A stretch of 64,000 bases of DNA from an uncultured Bacilli bacterium (GCA_934167465.1 CAKPKR010000001.1:287030-351029), one strand, 5' to 3'; shown: positions 21,453 to 32,211, counted from the first letter of the stretch. Program-made: numbers and translations. Notes: generated from the sequence alone by a model not told the origin.

Positions 21453-21749
21453 ATGAATATACAAGCAATGATGAAACAAGCTCAAAAATTACAAAAAGAA
21501 ATGATGAATGCTAAAGAAGAAATAGATAATAAAACATACACAGGAACAAGCTCTTTTGTAACTGTAAATGTTAAAGGAGATAAAACAATAGAAAATATTA
21601 AAATAAATCAAGAACAATTAGATAAAGAAGATATTGAAATGTTAGAAGATATTTTGACAGTTGCTATTAATAATGCAATGAAAGAAATTGATAAAGAAAC
21701 AGAACAAAAAATGGGTAAATATACACAAGGAATGCCAGGTTTATTTTAA
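21453..21749 (+). CDS. nucleoid-associated protein YbaB/EbfC
   Basis: 98 aa ending in the GMPGLF motif. Sits between dnaX and recR. Confidence 0.9.
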   Translation: MNIQAMMKQAQKLQKEMMNAKEEIDNKTYTGTSSFVTVNVKGDKTIENIKINQEQLDKEDIEMLEDILTVAINNAMKEIDKETEQKMGKYTQGMPGLF

Positions 21750-22348
21750 TGAAATATCCAACAACCTTAATGAATTTAATTGAATGTTATAAAAAACTAC
21801 CAGGCATTGGTGAAAAAACAGCAGAAAGAATGGCAATATCAACACTAGAAATGGATGATGAAATAATTGAATTATTTTCAGAATCATTAAAAAATGTTAA
21901 AACAAAAATTACAAGATGTAAAAAATGTAATAATTTAGCAGAAGGTGATTTATGTGAAGTATGTAAAATGCCAAACAGAGATGAAACAACAATATGCGTA
22001 GTAGAAGAACCAAAAAATGTTGTATTATTTGAAAAAGTTGGTTCATATAAAGGTTTATATCATGTATTAGATGGATTAATATCCCCATTAGATGGAGTTG
22101 ATCCAAGTGATTTAAATATAAGCAGTTTAATTAAAAGAATAGAAGAAGAAAAAATAAAAGAAGTAATAATAGCAGTTAAACCTAGTATTGAAGGTGAAAC
22201 TACATCATTATATATATCAAAATTATTAGAAAAATTACCTGTTAAAGTTTCTAAAATAGCACATGGAATTCCAATTGGTGTAGATATGGAATATATAGAT
22301 GCTCTAACACTTGAATTAGCAATTGAAGACAGAACGAATTTATCATAA
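21749..22348 (+). CDS. recR: recombination protein RecR
   Basis: C4 zinc finger CKKCNN...CEVC plus a Toprim domain. Confidence 0.95.
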   Translation: MKYPTTLMNLIECYKKLPGIGEKTAERMAISTLEMDDEIIELFSESLKNVKTKITRCKKCNNLAEGDLCEVCKMPNRDETTICVVEEPKNVVLFEKVGSYKGLYHVLDGLISPLDGVDPSDLNISSLIKRIEEEKIKEVIIAVKPSIEGETTSLYISKLLEKLPVKVSKIAHGIPIGVDMEYIDALTLELAIEDRTNLS

Positions 22349-22385
22349 TAAAAAAAAATAAACATATAATCAAATGGGTGATTAT

Positions 22386-22571
22386 ATGAAAAAAATAATT
22401 AAAATAATAAAAAAAATAGTATTTAGTGCATTATTATTATATGGATATAATGTAATAGCGGCTCCCTTAAATGTAATAATACCTATAAATTTTATAAATA
22501 TTGGAATAATGACAATATTGGGAATACCTGCTTTATTTGCACTAATATTTATTAATATAATTGTATTTTAA
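22386..22571 (+). CDS. BofA-family small membrane protein (pro-sigma-K processing inhibitor-like)
   Basis: PLNVIIPINFINIGIMTILGIPALFA resembles the BofA motifs GIHVPIN...LGIPG. Start taken at the ATG at 22386 (RBS GGGTGA) rather than the ORF-track start at 22374. Confidence 0.45.
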   Translation: MKKIIKIIKKIVFSALLLYGYNVIAAPLNVIIPINFINIGIMTILGIPALFALIFINIIVF

Positions 22572-22582
22572 GAAGGTGAATT

Positions 22583-23494
22583 ATGCTTGATGAATATATT
22601 GAAGAACAAAAAATAGCATATAAAGTATTAAGAAATGCTGTAACAAAAGATAAATGTGCTCACGCATATTTATTAGAAACAAATGGATATTTAAAAAAAG
22701 AAGAATTTGCTAAAGCATTTGCTAAATGTGTACTTTGTCCTTATAAATATAGTAATAATCAAAAATGTGTTAATTGTACACAATGTGAAAATATTGATAA
22801 AAACATATTTAGTGAAATAAAAATAATTAGTCCTGAAAAGGATAGTTTGTGGATAAAAAAAGAACAACTGTTAGAACTACAAGAAGAATTTATGACAAAA
22901 AGCTTATTATCAAGTAAAAAAATATATATCATAACAGATGCTACTAAATTAAATACTTCATCGGCAAATTCAATATTAAAATTTTTAGAAGAACCTGCTG
23001 ATAATATAATAGCAATTCTTCTAGCTGACAATATTCATCAATTATTAGATACGATAGTATCAAGATGTCAAATAATATCATTGGTAAATAAAAAACAAAA
23101 AGAAAATATACTAGAATCATTATTATCTGTAAAATTAGATAATTTAGACGAAATAAAAGATACTATAATTAATTATGTAAGTGAATTAGAAAAAAATAAA
23201 AAAGAAATGATTTTATTTAATAAAAAATATTTTCATAATAATATAAAAGAAAAAAATGAATTAATTGCTGCTTTTGAAATAATGATTTTATATTATAAAG
23301 ACGCTATTAATTTAAAATTAAATAGAAAACCTGAAGTAATAGAAAATATTAATAATATATTATTAACTAATACAATTCAAGAATTAAATGAAAAAATTAA
23401 AATAATAACAAACTTAAAAAAGAACATATATGTAAATGCTAATACAAATTTATTAATGGACAAGCTAGTAATTGAATTAGGAGGTGTAAAATGA
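22583..23494 (+). CDS. holB: DNA polymerase III delta-prime subunit
   Basis: AAA+-like N-terminus (HAYLL) and the zinc module CPYKYSNNQKCVNCTQC. Conserved position. Confidence 0.85.
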   Translation: MLDEYIEEQKIAYKVLRNAVTKDKCAHAYLLETNGYLKKEEFAKAFAKCVLCPYKYSNNQKCVNCTQCENIDKNIFSEIKIISPEKDSLWIKKEQLLELQEEFMTKSLLSSKKIYIITDATKLNTSSANSILKFLEEPADNIIAILLADNIHQLLDTIVSRCQIISLVNKKQKENILESLLSVKLDNLDEIKDTIINYVSELEKNKKEMILFNKKYFHNNIKEKNELIAAFEIMILYYKDAINLKLNRKPEVIENINNILLTNTIQELNEKIKIITNLKKNIYVNANTNLLMDKLVIELGGVK

Positions 23495-24276
23495 AAATAG
23501 TTGGTGTTAGATTTAATGAAGATGAACAATTAACTTACTATTATGTTAAAGATTTAGAATTAAAGAAAAATGTAACTGTAATAGTAGAAGATAATGACAC
23601 ATTAAAATTTGGTAAAGTTGTGACTCCAATCCATAATATAGAAGAAAAGAAACTAACAAAAGAACTAGGAAATGTAGTTAGAATAGCGACAAAAAAAGAT
23701 TTTAATAAACATTTAAATAATTTAAAACAAGCAGAAATAGCCTTAAAAAAATGTAAAGAATTAGTTAAAAAATATAAATTAGAAATGAATTTAATTGATG
23801 CAACCTATACATTTAATCAAGATCAATTAATATTTCACTTCTATGCTGATTCAAGAATAGACTTTAGAGATTTAGCTAAGGAATTAGCAACTATCTATAA
23901 AACAAGAATAGAGCTTAGACAAATTGGAGTTAGAGATAAAGCAAAAAAAGTATGTGGTATCGGTGTATGTGGACAAAAATTATGCTGTTCTAGATTTTTA
24001 AATGAATTTGATTCAGTATCAATATCAATGGCTAAAAATCAAAACTTATCATTAAATCCATCTAAAATAAATGGTGTTTGTGGTAGACTTTTATGTTGCT
24101 TAAAATATGAAGATGAATGTTATAAAGAATGTAAAAAAAATCTTCCAAATGTTGGAGCAACAATTAATACAGAAAAAATTAAAGGAAAAGTAATATCTGT
24201 TGATATCTTAGGTCAGAAATATGTTGTTAGTACTGAAAAAGGAAACATTGAAGTTGATGTAAATGGAAGTAATTAA
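23491..24276 (+). CDS. ricT: PSP1-domain protein RicT (YaaT)
   Basis: Cys-rich PSP1 C-terminus GIGVCGQKLCCSRFL...GVCGRLLCCLKYE. Confidence 0.8.
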   Translation: MKIVGVRFNEDEQLTYYYVKDLELKKNVTVIVEDNDTLKFGKVVTPIHNIEEKKLTKELGNVVRIATKKDFNKHLNNLKQAEIALKKCKELVKKYKLEMNLIDATYTFNQDQLIFHFYADSRIDFRDLAKELATIYKTRIELRQIGVRDKAKKVCGIGVCGQKLCCSRFLNEFDSVSISMAKNQNLSLNPSKINGVCGRLLCCLKYEDECYKECKKNLPNVGATINTEKIKGKVISVDILGQKYVVSTEKGNIEVDVNGSN

Positions 24277-24985
24277 TTATTTATTAGGCTATGAAAAATT
24301 AAAAATATATCAAAATACTGATATGTTTAATTTTTCTTTAGATTCAGTTTTGCTTCCTAACTTTGTTACATTAAGTAAAAAAACAAAAAAAATACTAGAC
24401 ATAGGAACAGGGAATGCTGTAATACCAATAATATTATCTACAAAAACATCTGCGAAAATTGATGCCATAGAAATTCAAAAAGAAGTATATGAATTAGGTA
24501 AAAAATCAATTGAACTAAATAACCTTCAAAATCAAATTAGAATTTTAAATATGGATATAAAAGATTATAGTAACACTTGTGAAACAGATACTTATGATAC
24601 TATAACTTGTAATCCACCATTCTTTAAAGTGAATGAAACATCTAATTTAAATGAATCCGAGTATAAAATAATAGCTCGTCATGAAGTAAAATTGAACTTA
24701 GATGACTTAATGTCTGTAGCACGCAAACTACTAAAAAACAATGGAAATATAGCTATAGTTCATCGTACTGATAGACTAATTGATATAATCGAAACAATGC
24801 GAAAGTATAATATCGAACCTAAAAAAATTAGATTAATATATCCTAAGAAAAATACTAATTCAAATATTTTATTAATTGAAGGTACTAAAAATGGAAAACC
24901 AGGATTAAAAATTTTAAGTCCTTTAATTAGTCACAGTGAATTAGATGAATATACAGATGAAATAAAAGAATATTTTACTAATTAG
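24263..24985 (+). CDS. tRNA (adenine37-N6)-methyltransferase TrmN6 (YabB-like)
   Basis: SAM motif LDIGTGNAV and the NPPF catalytic motif. Confidence 0.7.
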   Translation: MEVINYLLGYEKLKIYQNTDMFNFSLDSVLLPNFVTLSKKTKKILDIGTGNAVIPIILSTKTSAKIDAIEIQKEVYELGKKSIELNNLQNQIRILNMDIKDYSNTCETDTYDTITCNPPFFKVNETSNLNESEYKIIARHEVKLNLDDLMSVARKLLKNNGNIAIVHRTDRLIDIIETMRKYNIEPKKIRLIYPKKNTNSNILLIEGTKNGKPGLKILSPLISHSELDEYTDEIKEYFTN

Positions 24986-25039
24986 ATAGATTATCTATCT
25001 TTTTTTTGATATAATAGCAAATGAAAGAAGGAGATTCTT

Positions 25040-25879
25040 ATGTCACAAAAAAGTTATAATGGAACACCAACTGTATATGTAATACCAACTCCAATAGGAA
25101 ATATGGAAGATATAACAGTTAGAGCATTAAATATTTTAAAAGAAGTAGATGTGATATTTTGTGAAGATACAAGAGTAACATCACAGCTATTAACTTATTT
25201 TGAAATAAAAAAAAGATTAATATCTAGTCATAAATTCAATGAAAAAGAAAATCATAATAAGTTGCTTGAATATTTAAATGATGGTAAAAATGTTGGAATT
25301 GTTACAGATAGAGGTACTCCAATAATAAGTGATCCAGGATATGAATTAACGAAATGTGCAATTGAAAATAACTTTAATGTTGTATCATTACCAGGTGCGA
25401 CTGCTTTTGTTCCAGCTCTTACTTCTTCGGGAATATCTCCTCAGCCATTTTTATTTTATGGATTTTTAATTAATAAAGAAGGAAAAAGAAAAAAAGAATT
25501 AGAAGCTTTAAAAAATAATAAAGAAACAATGATATTTTATGAATCTCCACATAGAATAATAGAAACATTAGATAATATGTTAGAGGTATTTGGTAATCGA
25601 AATATTAGTATTTCCCGGGAAATATCTAAAAAATTTGAAGAAATTTATAGAGGAACAATTGAAGAAGTAAAAGAACAAATGCTTGAAATTAAAGGTGAAC
25701 TTGTGATTGTAGTTGCGGGAAATACTTCTAAAAACACATTTGACAATCTAACAATAATAGAACATGTAAACCTATATATTAAAGAAGGTATGAGTAGTAA
25801 AGATGCAATAAAACAAGTTGCTCAAGATAGAGGTTTAAATAAAAATGAGGTATATAAAGAATATCATAGAGGTGAATAA
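25040..25879 (+). CDS. rsmI: 16S rRNA (cytidine1402-2'-O)-methyltransferase RsmI
   Basis: Tetrapyrrole-methylase fold with YVIPTPIGNMEDIT. Confidence 0.9.
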   Translation: MSQKSYNGTPTVYVIPTPIGNMEDITVRALNILKEVDVIFCEDTRVTSQLLTYFEIKKRLISSHKFNEKENHNKLLEYLNDGKNVGIVTDRGTPIISDPGYELTKCAIENNFNVVSLPGATAFVPALTSSGISPQPFLFYGFLINKEGKRKKELEALKNNKETMIFYESPHRIIETLDNMLEVFGNRNISISREISKKFEEIYRGTIEEVKEQMLEIKGELVIVVAGNTSKNTFDNLTIIEHVNLYIKEGMSSKDAIKQVAQDRGLNKNEVYKEYHRGE

Positions 25880-26433
25880 TGAAATTAATAGTAGGATTAG
25901 GAAACCCTGGTAAAGAATATGAAAATACAAGACATAATATGGGATTTATGGCAATAGATAGATTTGCTAAAAAACATAATATTACAATATCTAAAAATAA
26001 ATTTGGTGGTTTATATGAAGAAACTAATATTAATGGTGAAAAAGTAATATTGTTAAAACCACAACAATATATTAATTTATCAGGTGAAGTAATTAAAAAA
26101 TATGTAGATTTTTATAAAATAAATGTAAATGATATATTAATCATAAGTGATGATTTAGATCAAGAAGTTGGAAAATATAAATTAAAATATAAAGGTTCAA
26201 GTGGTGGACATAATGGTTTAAAAAACATCGAATTACATTTAAAAACAAATGAATATAAGAGAATTAAAATAGGAATATCTAATAATAAAAAAATAGATAC
26301 CAAAGACTATGTTTTAGGTAAAATAGATACTCAAACAAAAGAAAAATTAAATAATGTTTTTGAAATTGTAGAAAACATTCTAGAAGATTATTTCATTTTA
26401 TCTTTTGATAATTTAATGAATAAATATAATTAA
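25879..26433 (+). CDS. pth: peptidyl-tRNA hydrolase
   Basis: LIVGLGNPG...RHNMGF signature. Confidence 0.95.
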   Translation: MKLIVGLGNPGKEYENTRHNMGFMAIDRFAKKHNITISKNKFGGLYEETNINGEKVILLKPQQYINLSGEVIKKYVDFYKINVNDILIISDDLDQEVGKYKLKYKGSSGGHNGLKNIELHLKTNEYKRIKIGISNNKKIDTKDYVLGKIDTQTKEKLNNVFEIVENILEDYFILSFDNLMNKYN

Positions 26434-26473
26434 TGATACTTAAAAGTATCATTTTTGTGCTAGGAGGAATAAT

Positions 26474-29400
26474 ATGTTTGATAAACTTTTTAAAACAAAT
26501 AATAAAAATATTAATGGTTTAACGGATGAACTACAATCAATATATGTATATGATTATTATTTACAAAATAATAAACCAGTTATATTAGTGACAAGTTCGT
26601 TATATGAAGCCAATAAATTATACCAATCTTTATTAAATTATACTGAAAATGTATTATTTTTTCCTATGGATGATTTTTTAACAAGTGTAGCATTAGCTGC
26701 ATCTCCTGAACTTAAAACTAATAGAATTGAAACAATAAATAAAATAATAGAAAATAACAATAGAATAATTGTAACAAATCTAATGGGGTTTTTGAGATTT
26801 CTTCCACCTAAAAATCAATTTATTAAACATCATTTAGAAATAAAAGCAAATGATGAATATGATATTAATTGGTTAGCTAAAGAATTAGTATTAATGGGTT
26901 ATAAAAGAGATACAATAGTAACATCAACTGGTGAGTTTGCACTCAGAGGTTTTGTCTTAGATATTTTTCCAATAGGAAGTATAAATCCAATAAGAATGGA
27001 ATTTTTTGGTGATTCAATTGAAGAAATAAGAGAATTTAATTCTGAAACACAATTAACGATTAAAAAATTAGATAATATTAATGTTTCATCAAATACGGAA
27101 TTGCTATTTGATGAAAATGTGGAAAAATCTATCCAAAAATCTAATTTAGTAGAATATTTAGGTAGTCCTCAAGTTTTTTTCCACAATTATAGTGAAATAG
27201 AAACAAACTATCAAAAATTGTGTGAAGATATAATTGATTATAATACTACTCAGAATAAAACAACTAAATATATGTATGATTTAGAAGAATTAAAAAGTAG
27301 TAATGATATAAACATTAGTAAATTTGATAATAGTGTTAATGATACGCAAAATTATATTTCCTTTGAAATAGAACCTTTTGATGGTAAAATTTCAACTATT
27401 AATACAACTCTTAATGATTATATAAAGGAAAAAACTGTTATAATTTGTTTATCAAGTAGATATCAAATTAATAAAATTGTGGAAAACTTGGATAATAAAA
27501 ATATAGTAATAACCGATGAATTTACGATTTTTGATAATAAAATTAATTTAATTATCAAATCAATTAATGAAGGGTTTAATTATGATAAATACATTGTAAT
27601 TAGTGAGAAAGAATTTTTTAACAAAAAAGAAACAAAAATTAATTATAAAAATAGTTTTAAATTTGGTACTAAAATAAGAGACATAAAAAAAATAGAAGTC
27701 GGTGATTACATTGTTCATAATACACATGGTATTGGAAGATATGTTGGAATAAAGACATTAATAAAAAATGGTTTAAAAAAAGATTATTTAGTTATTGAAT
27801 ACAAAGATAATGATAAATTATATATTCCTGTGGAAAAAATAGAATTAATTTCAAAATATTCAAGCAATGATAATGTCACTCCTAAAATTAATAAATTAGG
27901 AAGTACAGAATGGGCTAAGACAAAATTAAGAGTAAAGAAAAAATTAGAAAATATTGCTTCAGAATTATTGGAATTATATGCCAAAAGAGAAGCTAGTGTT
28001 GGTTTTGCTTTTAATGAGGATGATGAAAATCAAATTGAATTTGAAAAACAATTTATATATGAAGATACTTTAGATCAAGTAAGAGTAACTGAAGAAATAA
28101 AAAAAGATATGGAAAAACCACGACCAATGGATAGGTTATTGTGTGGAGATGTTGGTTATGGTAAAACAGAAATAGCATTTAGAGCAATGTTTAAAGCAGT
28201 ATTATCCGGAAAACAAGTGGCTTATTTATGTCCAACCACTATTCTTTCGTCACAGCATTATAATAATGCAATCGAAAGATTTAAAGAATTTCCTATCAAT
28301 ATTAGATTATTAAATAGATTTGTAAGTAATAAAGAGATAAAAGAAACAATTGAAGGCTTAAAAACAGGAAAAATAGATATTGTAATTGGCACACATAGAT
28401 TATTAAGTGACGATATAGTCTTTAAAAATTTGGGATTACTAGTTATTGATGAAGAACAAAGATTTGGAGTAAAACATAAAGAAAAAATTAAATCAATGAA
28501 AAATAATATTGATGTTTTAACTTTATCGGCAACTCCAATTCCAAGAACACTACAAATGTCAATGTTGGGTATTAGAAATCTATCGTTATTAGAAACACCT
28601 CCAGTAAATAGATTACCTGTTCAAACTTATGTTTTAGAAGAAAACAATTTTATTATTAAAGATGCTATATATAAAGAACTTTCTAGATCTGGTCAAGCTT
28701 TTATTTTGTATAATAGTGTTGAAGATATGGAATTAAAAAAATTAGAATTAGAAAAATTAATCCCAGAAGCAAGGATTACATATGCTCATGGGAAAATGTC
28801 TAAAACTGAATTAGAAAATGTTATGACTGCATTTATTAATAAAGAGTATGATGTTTTACTATGTACAACTATTATAGAAACTGGAATAGATATCCCAAGT
28901 GCTAATACATTAATAATTATTGATGCTGACAGATTCGGACTTTCTCAACTTTATCAAATTAGAGGAAGAGTAGGCAGGTCTAATAAGATTGCTTATTGTT
29001 ATCTTATGTATAAAAAGGGTAAAACACTATCAGATATAGCTAATAAACGTTTATCAGTAATAAAGGAATTTACTGAATTAGGTAGTGGGTTTAGAATAGC
29101 AGCTCGTGATTTGTCTATTAGAGGTGCTGGTGATATTCTAGGTAGTGAACAAGCTGGTTTTATTGATTCAATAGGTATTGAGTTATATCTAAAAATGTTA
29201 AATGAGGAAGTAAATAAATTAAAAGGTATAGAAACTAAGGAAGAAGTTACTTCAGATCAACCATTAATTGATGTTGAAACAACTATTGATGACAAATATG
29301 TTGAAGAAGTTGATTTAAAAATTGAAATTCATAAAAAAATCAATGAAATTGATTCCTATGATAAATTGCTTGAAATTAAAGGTGAATTGGAAGATAGGTT

Positions 29401-29707
29401 TGGTAATATTAATGAAAGTATTTTAATTTATATGTATGAAGAATGGTTTGAAAAATTAGCTCATAAATTTAATATTACTAAAGTAAGACAAACTAATAAT
29501 TTTATTGAACTTACTTTACCTTTAGAAATAACTAACAAGGTTAATGGTGAACTTTTATTTATTGAAGCATCACGAATTACTAGAATGTTTAGATTTAAAA
29601 TGGTCAATAAATGTTTAGTTATAACACTTGATACTGTAAAATTAGATAAACATTTTATTTTTTACTTAATTGAACTAATGGAATTATTAGAGAAAGCTAT
29701 AAATTAG
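26474..29707 (+). CDS. mfd: transcription-repair coupling factor Mfd
   Basis: 1077 aa. UvrB-like N-terminus and an SF2 helicase with GDVGYGKTE, DEEQRFG and TATPIPRT. Confidence 0.97.
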   Translation: MFDKLFKTNNKNINGLTDELQSIYVYDYYLQNNKPVILVTSSLYEANKLYQSLLNYTENVLFFPMDDFLTSVALAASPELKTNRIETINKIIENNNRIIVTNLMGFLRFLPPKNQFIKHHLEIKANDEYDINWLAKELVLMGYKRDTIVTSTGEFALRGFVLDIFPIGSINPIRMEFFGDSIEEIREFNSETQLTIKKLDNINVSSNTELLFDENVEKSIQKSNLVEYLGSPQVFFHNYSEIETNYQKLCEDIIDYNTTQNKTTKYMYDLEELKSSNDINISKFDNSVNDTQNYISFEIEPFDGKISTINTTLNDYIKEKTVIICLSSRYQINKIVENLDNKNIVITDEFTIFDNKINLIIKSINEGFNYDKYIVISEKEFFNKKETKINYKNSFKFGTKIRDIKKIEVGDYIVHNTHGIGRYVGIKTLIKNGLKKDYLVIEYKDNDKLYIPVEKIELISKYSSNDNVTPKINKLGSTEWAKTKLRVKKKLENIASELLELYAKREASVGFAFNEDDENQIEFEKQFIYEDTLDQVRVTEEIKKDMEKPRPMDRLLCGDVGYGKTEIAFRAMFKAVLSGKQVAYLCPTTILSSQHYNNAIERFKEFPINIRLLNRFVSNKEIKETIEGLKTGKIDIVIGTHRLLSDDIVFKNLGLLVIDEEQRFGVKHKEKIKSMKNNIDVLTLSATPIPRTLQMSMLGIRNLSLLETPPVNRLPVQTYVLEENNFIIKDAIYKELSRSGQAFILYNSVEDMELKKLELEKLIPEARITYAHGKMSKTELENVMTAFINKEYDVLLCTTIIETGIDIPSANTLIIIDADRFGLSQLYQIRGRVGRSNKIAYCYLMYKKGKTLSDIANKRLSVIKEFTELGSGFRIAARDLSIRGAGDILGSEQAGFIDSIGIELYLKMLNEEVNKLKGIETKEEVTSDQPLIDVETTIDDKYVEEVDLKIEIHKKINEIDSYDKLLEIKGELEDRFGNINESILIYMYEEWFEKLAHKFNITKVRQTNNFIELTLPLEITNKVNGELLFIEASRITRMFRFKMVNKCLVITLDTVKLDKHFIFYLIELMELLEKAIN

Positions 29708-29809
29708 TATTTGATATAATTCTAAAATTTCTATATATAACAGCAATTGATAAATTAACTTTATAAATGATTGTGAAAAATATTTAAAATGTTGTAATAA
29801 CTAATAAGA

Positions 29810-29842
29810 AAGCATATAGTTTTAATCTATATGCTTTTTTTT
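29810..29842. terminator. bidirectional terminator AAGCATATAG-loop-CTATATGCTT followed by a T8 run
   Basis: Read directly between mfd(+) and the 29841 gene(-). Confidence 0.55.
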
Positions 29843-30395
29843 AATCTAGACTCCATTCAAAAGTATAGTCTTCATCAAATAAAATATTTTCATAATATCT
29901 AACTTTTAAATTATTGTCATTTTCTTTTTGTTCCCAAATAATGACACCTTCAGTTTGTCCACCAGCATCAAGCTCACCGAAATCTAAAGATACATCATCC
30001 TCTGCTGTAATACTATAAACTGAAGCTTCCTTACCGTCTCCGTCTACCATTTGGAAATCAAGAGAATTGTAAGATATTTTTTCATCACTTTTATTTTCGA
30101 TTTTAATTGTTACTTTTACATATTCATAACCATCTTTTGCTTGGAAAAATTCATTAGACCCTTTTGTTTTTTCAACGTTTGTGATTGAATATTCAACATT
30201 TTTGTATGTGACTATATCGTTTTGATTATATTCTTTTATAAAATTATCATCATCATTAAAACATAAAGATACAATTCCAATTACTATAATTCCAATTAAT
30301 ATCCATCTAAAAATATGTGATTGTTTTTTCTTACAATTTGGACATATTTTAGCTTTTTTATCAATTTCACTTTGGCAATATTTACATTTTTTCAC
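29841..30395 (-). CDS. zinc-ribbon, single-TM, DUF4352-like extracellular domain protein
   Basis: N-terminal CKYCQSEIDKKAKICPNCKK zinc ribbon, a TM helix (WILIGIIVIGIVSL) and a beta-rich C-terminal domain. Confidence 0.5.
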   Translation of the reverse strand: MKKCKYCQSEIDKKAKICPNCKKKQSHIFRWILIGIIVIGIVSLCFNDDDNFIKEYNQNDIVTYKNVEYSITNVEKTKGSNEFFQAKDGYEYVKVTIKIENKSDEKISYNSLDFQMVDGDGKEASVYSITAEDDVSLDFGELDAGGQTEGVIIWEQKENDNNLKVRYYENILFDEDYTFEWSLD

Positions 30396-30507
30396 AACTT
30401 CTCCTCCTTTCTATAATCTATTATAACACAAAACTCATCGAATAGGTGAGTATATTTTTAATTAATAAGTGAGAAAATATTATTAAGAAGAGGCAGGTGT
30501 TATATAA

Positions 30508-30759
30508 ATGAATAAAAATGATGAAAATTATGTTTATTATTTAGTAGCACATAATCTTAAAATTCAAAGAAAATTAAAAGGTTTGACTCAAAGTAAGTTT
30601 GCTGAACTTTGCAATTATAGTTATGGTTTCATTATGAATATTGAAAGTAAAAACTATTATCAAACTTTTAGTTTAGGTACTTTATGGAAATTTGCTGAAG
30701 TACTGGAGATTGATATAAGAGAATTATTTAAACCAATAGAAGATAATGAGAAGAATTAG
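30508..30759 (+). CDS. XRE-family HTH regulator (83 aa)
   Basis: HTH LTQSKFAELCNYSYGFIMNIES. Divergent from 29841. The intergenic inverted repeat ACTCA-N9-TGAGT lies at about 30436-30455. Confidence 0.6.
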   Translation: MNKNDENYVYYLVAHNLKIQRKLKGLTQSKFAELCNYSYGFIMNIESKNYYQTFSLGTLWKFAEVLEIDIRELFKPIEDNEKN

Positions 30760-30804
30760 AAAAATTTAATTCTTTTTTTCATATATTTTAATGGAGGTAA
30801 ATAT

Positions 30805-31428
30805 ATGGATAATATTGAATATTGGAATAAAAAATATGAGTATATTTTAAGAAGTAATATAAAACATGATAATTGGTTAGATACATTTGATGATGAAATA
30901 ACTAAATGCCGTACTAGTATATTAGACTTAGGTTGTGGTGATGGTAGTAATACTTTAGCACTCCTAGAAAAATGCAAACAAGTAATTCCTTGTGACGTTT
31001 CAGTTAATGCAATTAAAAATGTAATTAGAAATTTTCCAGAAGTTGAATATGCTAATTGCTATAATTATATGTTTGGACTACCATATACTGATGGTGATTT
31101 TGAAATGATAGTCGCTGATCAATCATTACATTTTTTTAATGATTATTTTACAAAAAAAATTTTATTTAGTATTAAAAGAGTATTGAAACAAAATGGTGCA
31201 TTATTATTTAGAGTTAATTCGATAAATGATAAAAACTATATGCAGGATTTTGTTTTAGCACTTGATAACCATTTTTATCTAAATAATGAAGGATTAAGTA
31301 TTAGATATTTTTCATTAGAAGAAATATATAGTTTTTTCGGTAACGGAAATGTTGAATATTTAGAAGAAGAAAAGTTAGAAAAAGATGGAAAGCAAAAAAC
31401 ATTATGGAAAGGTTGCATAAGATATTAA
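30805..31428 (+). CDS. class I SAM-dependent methyltransferase (small-molecule type)
   Basis: Motif I LDLGCGDGSNT. Rossmann fold, 207 aa. Confidence 0.7.
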   Translation: MDNIEYWNKKYEYILRSNIKHDNWLDTFDDEITKCRTSILDLGCGDGSNTLALLEKCKQVIPCDVSVNAIKNVIRNFPEVEYANCYNYMFGLPYTDGDFEMIVADQSLHFFNDYFTKKILFSIKRVLKQNGALLFRVNSINDKNYMQDFVLALDNHFYLNNEGLSIRYFSLEEIYSFFGNGNVEYLEEEKLEKDGKQKTLWKGCIRY

Positions 31429-31478
31429 TACATATATTTTTTAATTCAATCCACACTATTATAAGAAAGTGAGGATTT

Positions 31479-31955
31479 ATGAAAGGAATATCTAGAAAAA
31501 TAGACGAATTAGGTCGAATTGTTATACCTAAAGAAATAAGAAATAATTTAAACATTAATGTCAATGATGAGTTAGAAATATATGTAAATGATAATAAAAT
31601 CATTTTAGAAAAATATTCAAAATTAGATAATATAAATGATTTTATTAAAAATTTAATAAAAAATATTAAAGATGTAAATGAAATGAAAATATTAGTAACT
31701 GATAAAGAAAAAGTAATAGATACCAATGAATTAATTACAAAAGATTTAAAAAATATTATAGAAAATAATGTAAATAAAAAAAATATAAATCTTAATATAA
31801 CTGATAAATTAGAAACCAATTGTTCAATAAATATAATTAAAGAAAATTATTTACCAATCGGTTCAGTTGTTATTTTAGGCAATAATCTTAATGAATTAGA
31901 TTGTAAGTTAGGTAATTTTATTGCACAAATATTAAGTAATTATATTGCTTTATAA
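31479..31955 (+). CDS. spoVT: AbrB/SpoVT-family transcriptional regulator (SpoVT-like, 158 aa)
   Basis: N-terminal swapped-hairpin domain IDELGRIVIPKEIR..L.I...DELEIYV..NKIILEKYS with a ~100-aa C-terminal extension. Located downstream of mfd as in Bacillus. Confidence 0.6.
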   Translation: MKGISRKIDELGRIVIPKEIRNNLNINVNDELEIYVNDNKIILEKYSKLDNINDFIKNLIKNIKDVNEMKILVTDKEKVIDTNELITKDLKNIIENNVNKKNINLNITDKLETNCSINIIKENYLPIGSVVILGNNLNELDCKLGNFIAQILSNYIAL

Positions 31956-31974
31956 AAATTTATATGTTATAATT

Positions 31975-32197
31975 TTACATATTGAAAAGTTATGAAGGAA
32001 AGAGAAATAATTGAATTTTTAAAGAGAACTAGTGGTTGGTGTAAACTAGTAAAATTTATTATTTTAAATGGTTCTGGAATTGTTTAAGTGAATAATTAGC
32101 TTATACCGTAAATATGCGTTAAATATAAGAGGTAGATTTATCTATGAATTAAGGTGGTACCACGTGAACTACGTCCTTATTAGGATGTAGTTTTTTT
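31975..32197 (+). promoter_or_regulatory. T-box riboswitch leader (probably Met-specific) with terminator
   Basis: T-box motif AATTAAGGTGGTACCACG at 32147-32164 (consensus AATTAGGGTGGTACCGCG). Terminator CTACGTCCT-tatt-AGGATGTAG followed by T7 at 32169-32197. Stem I candidate at ~31990-32060 with AUGA at 31991-31994. Confidence 0.6.
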
Positions 32198-32211
32198 AAT
32201 GGAGGTGTAAA

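Noticed and set aside
27100-27850. DnaA-box-like 9-mers (TGTGGAAAA / TTTTCCACA) inside mfd (about 27118, 27181, 27478, 27828), recF (about 13910) and comK (about 13200)
   Set aside because: TGTGGAAAA simply encodes V-E-K/N in frame (for example the recurring peptide VEK). These are isolated single boxes, not clustered or intergenic, and are most likely coincidental in an AT-rich genome.
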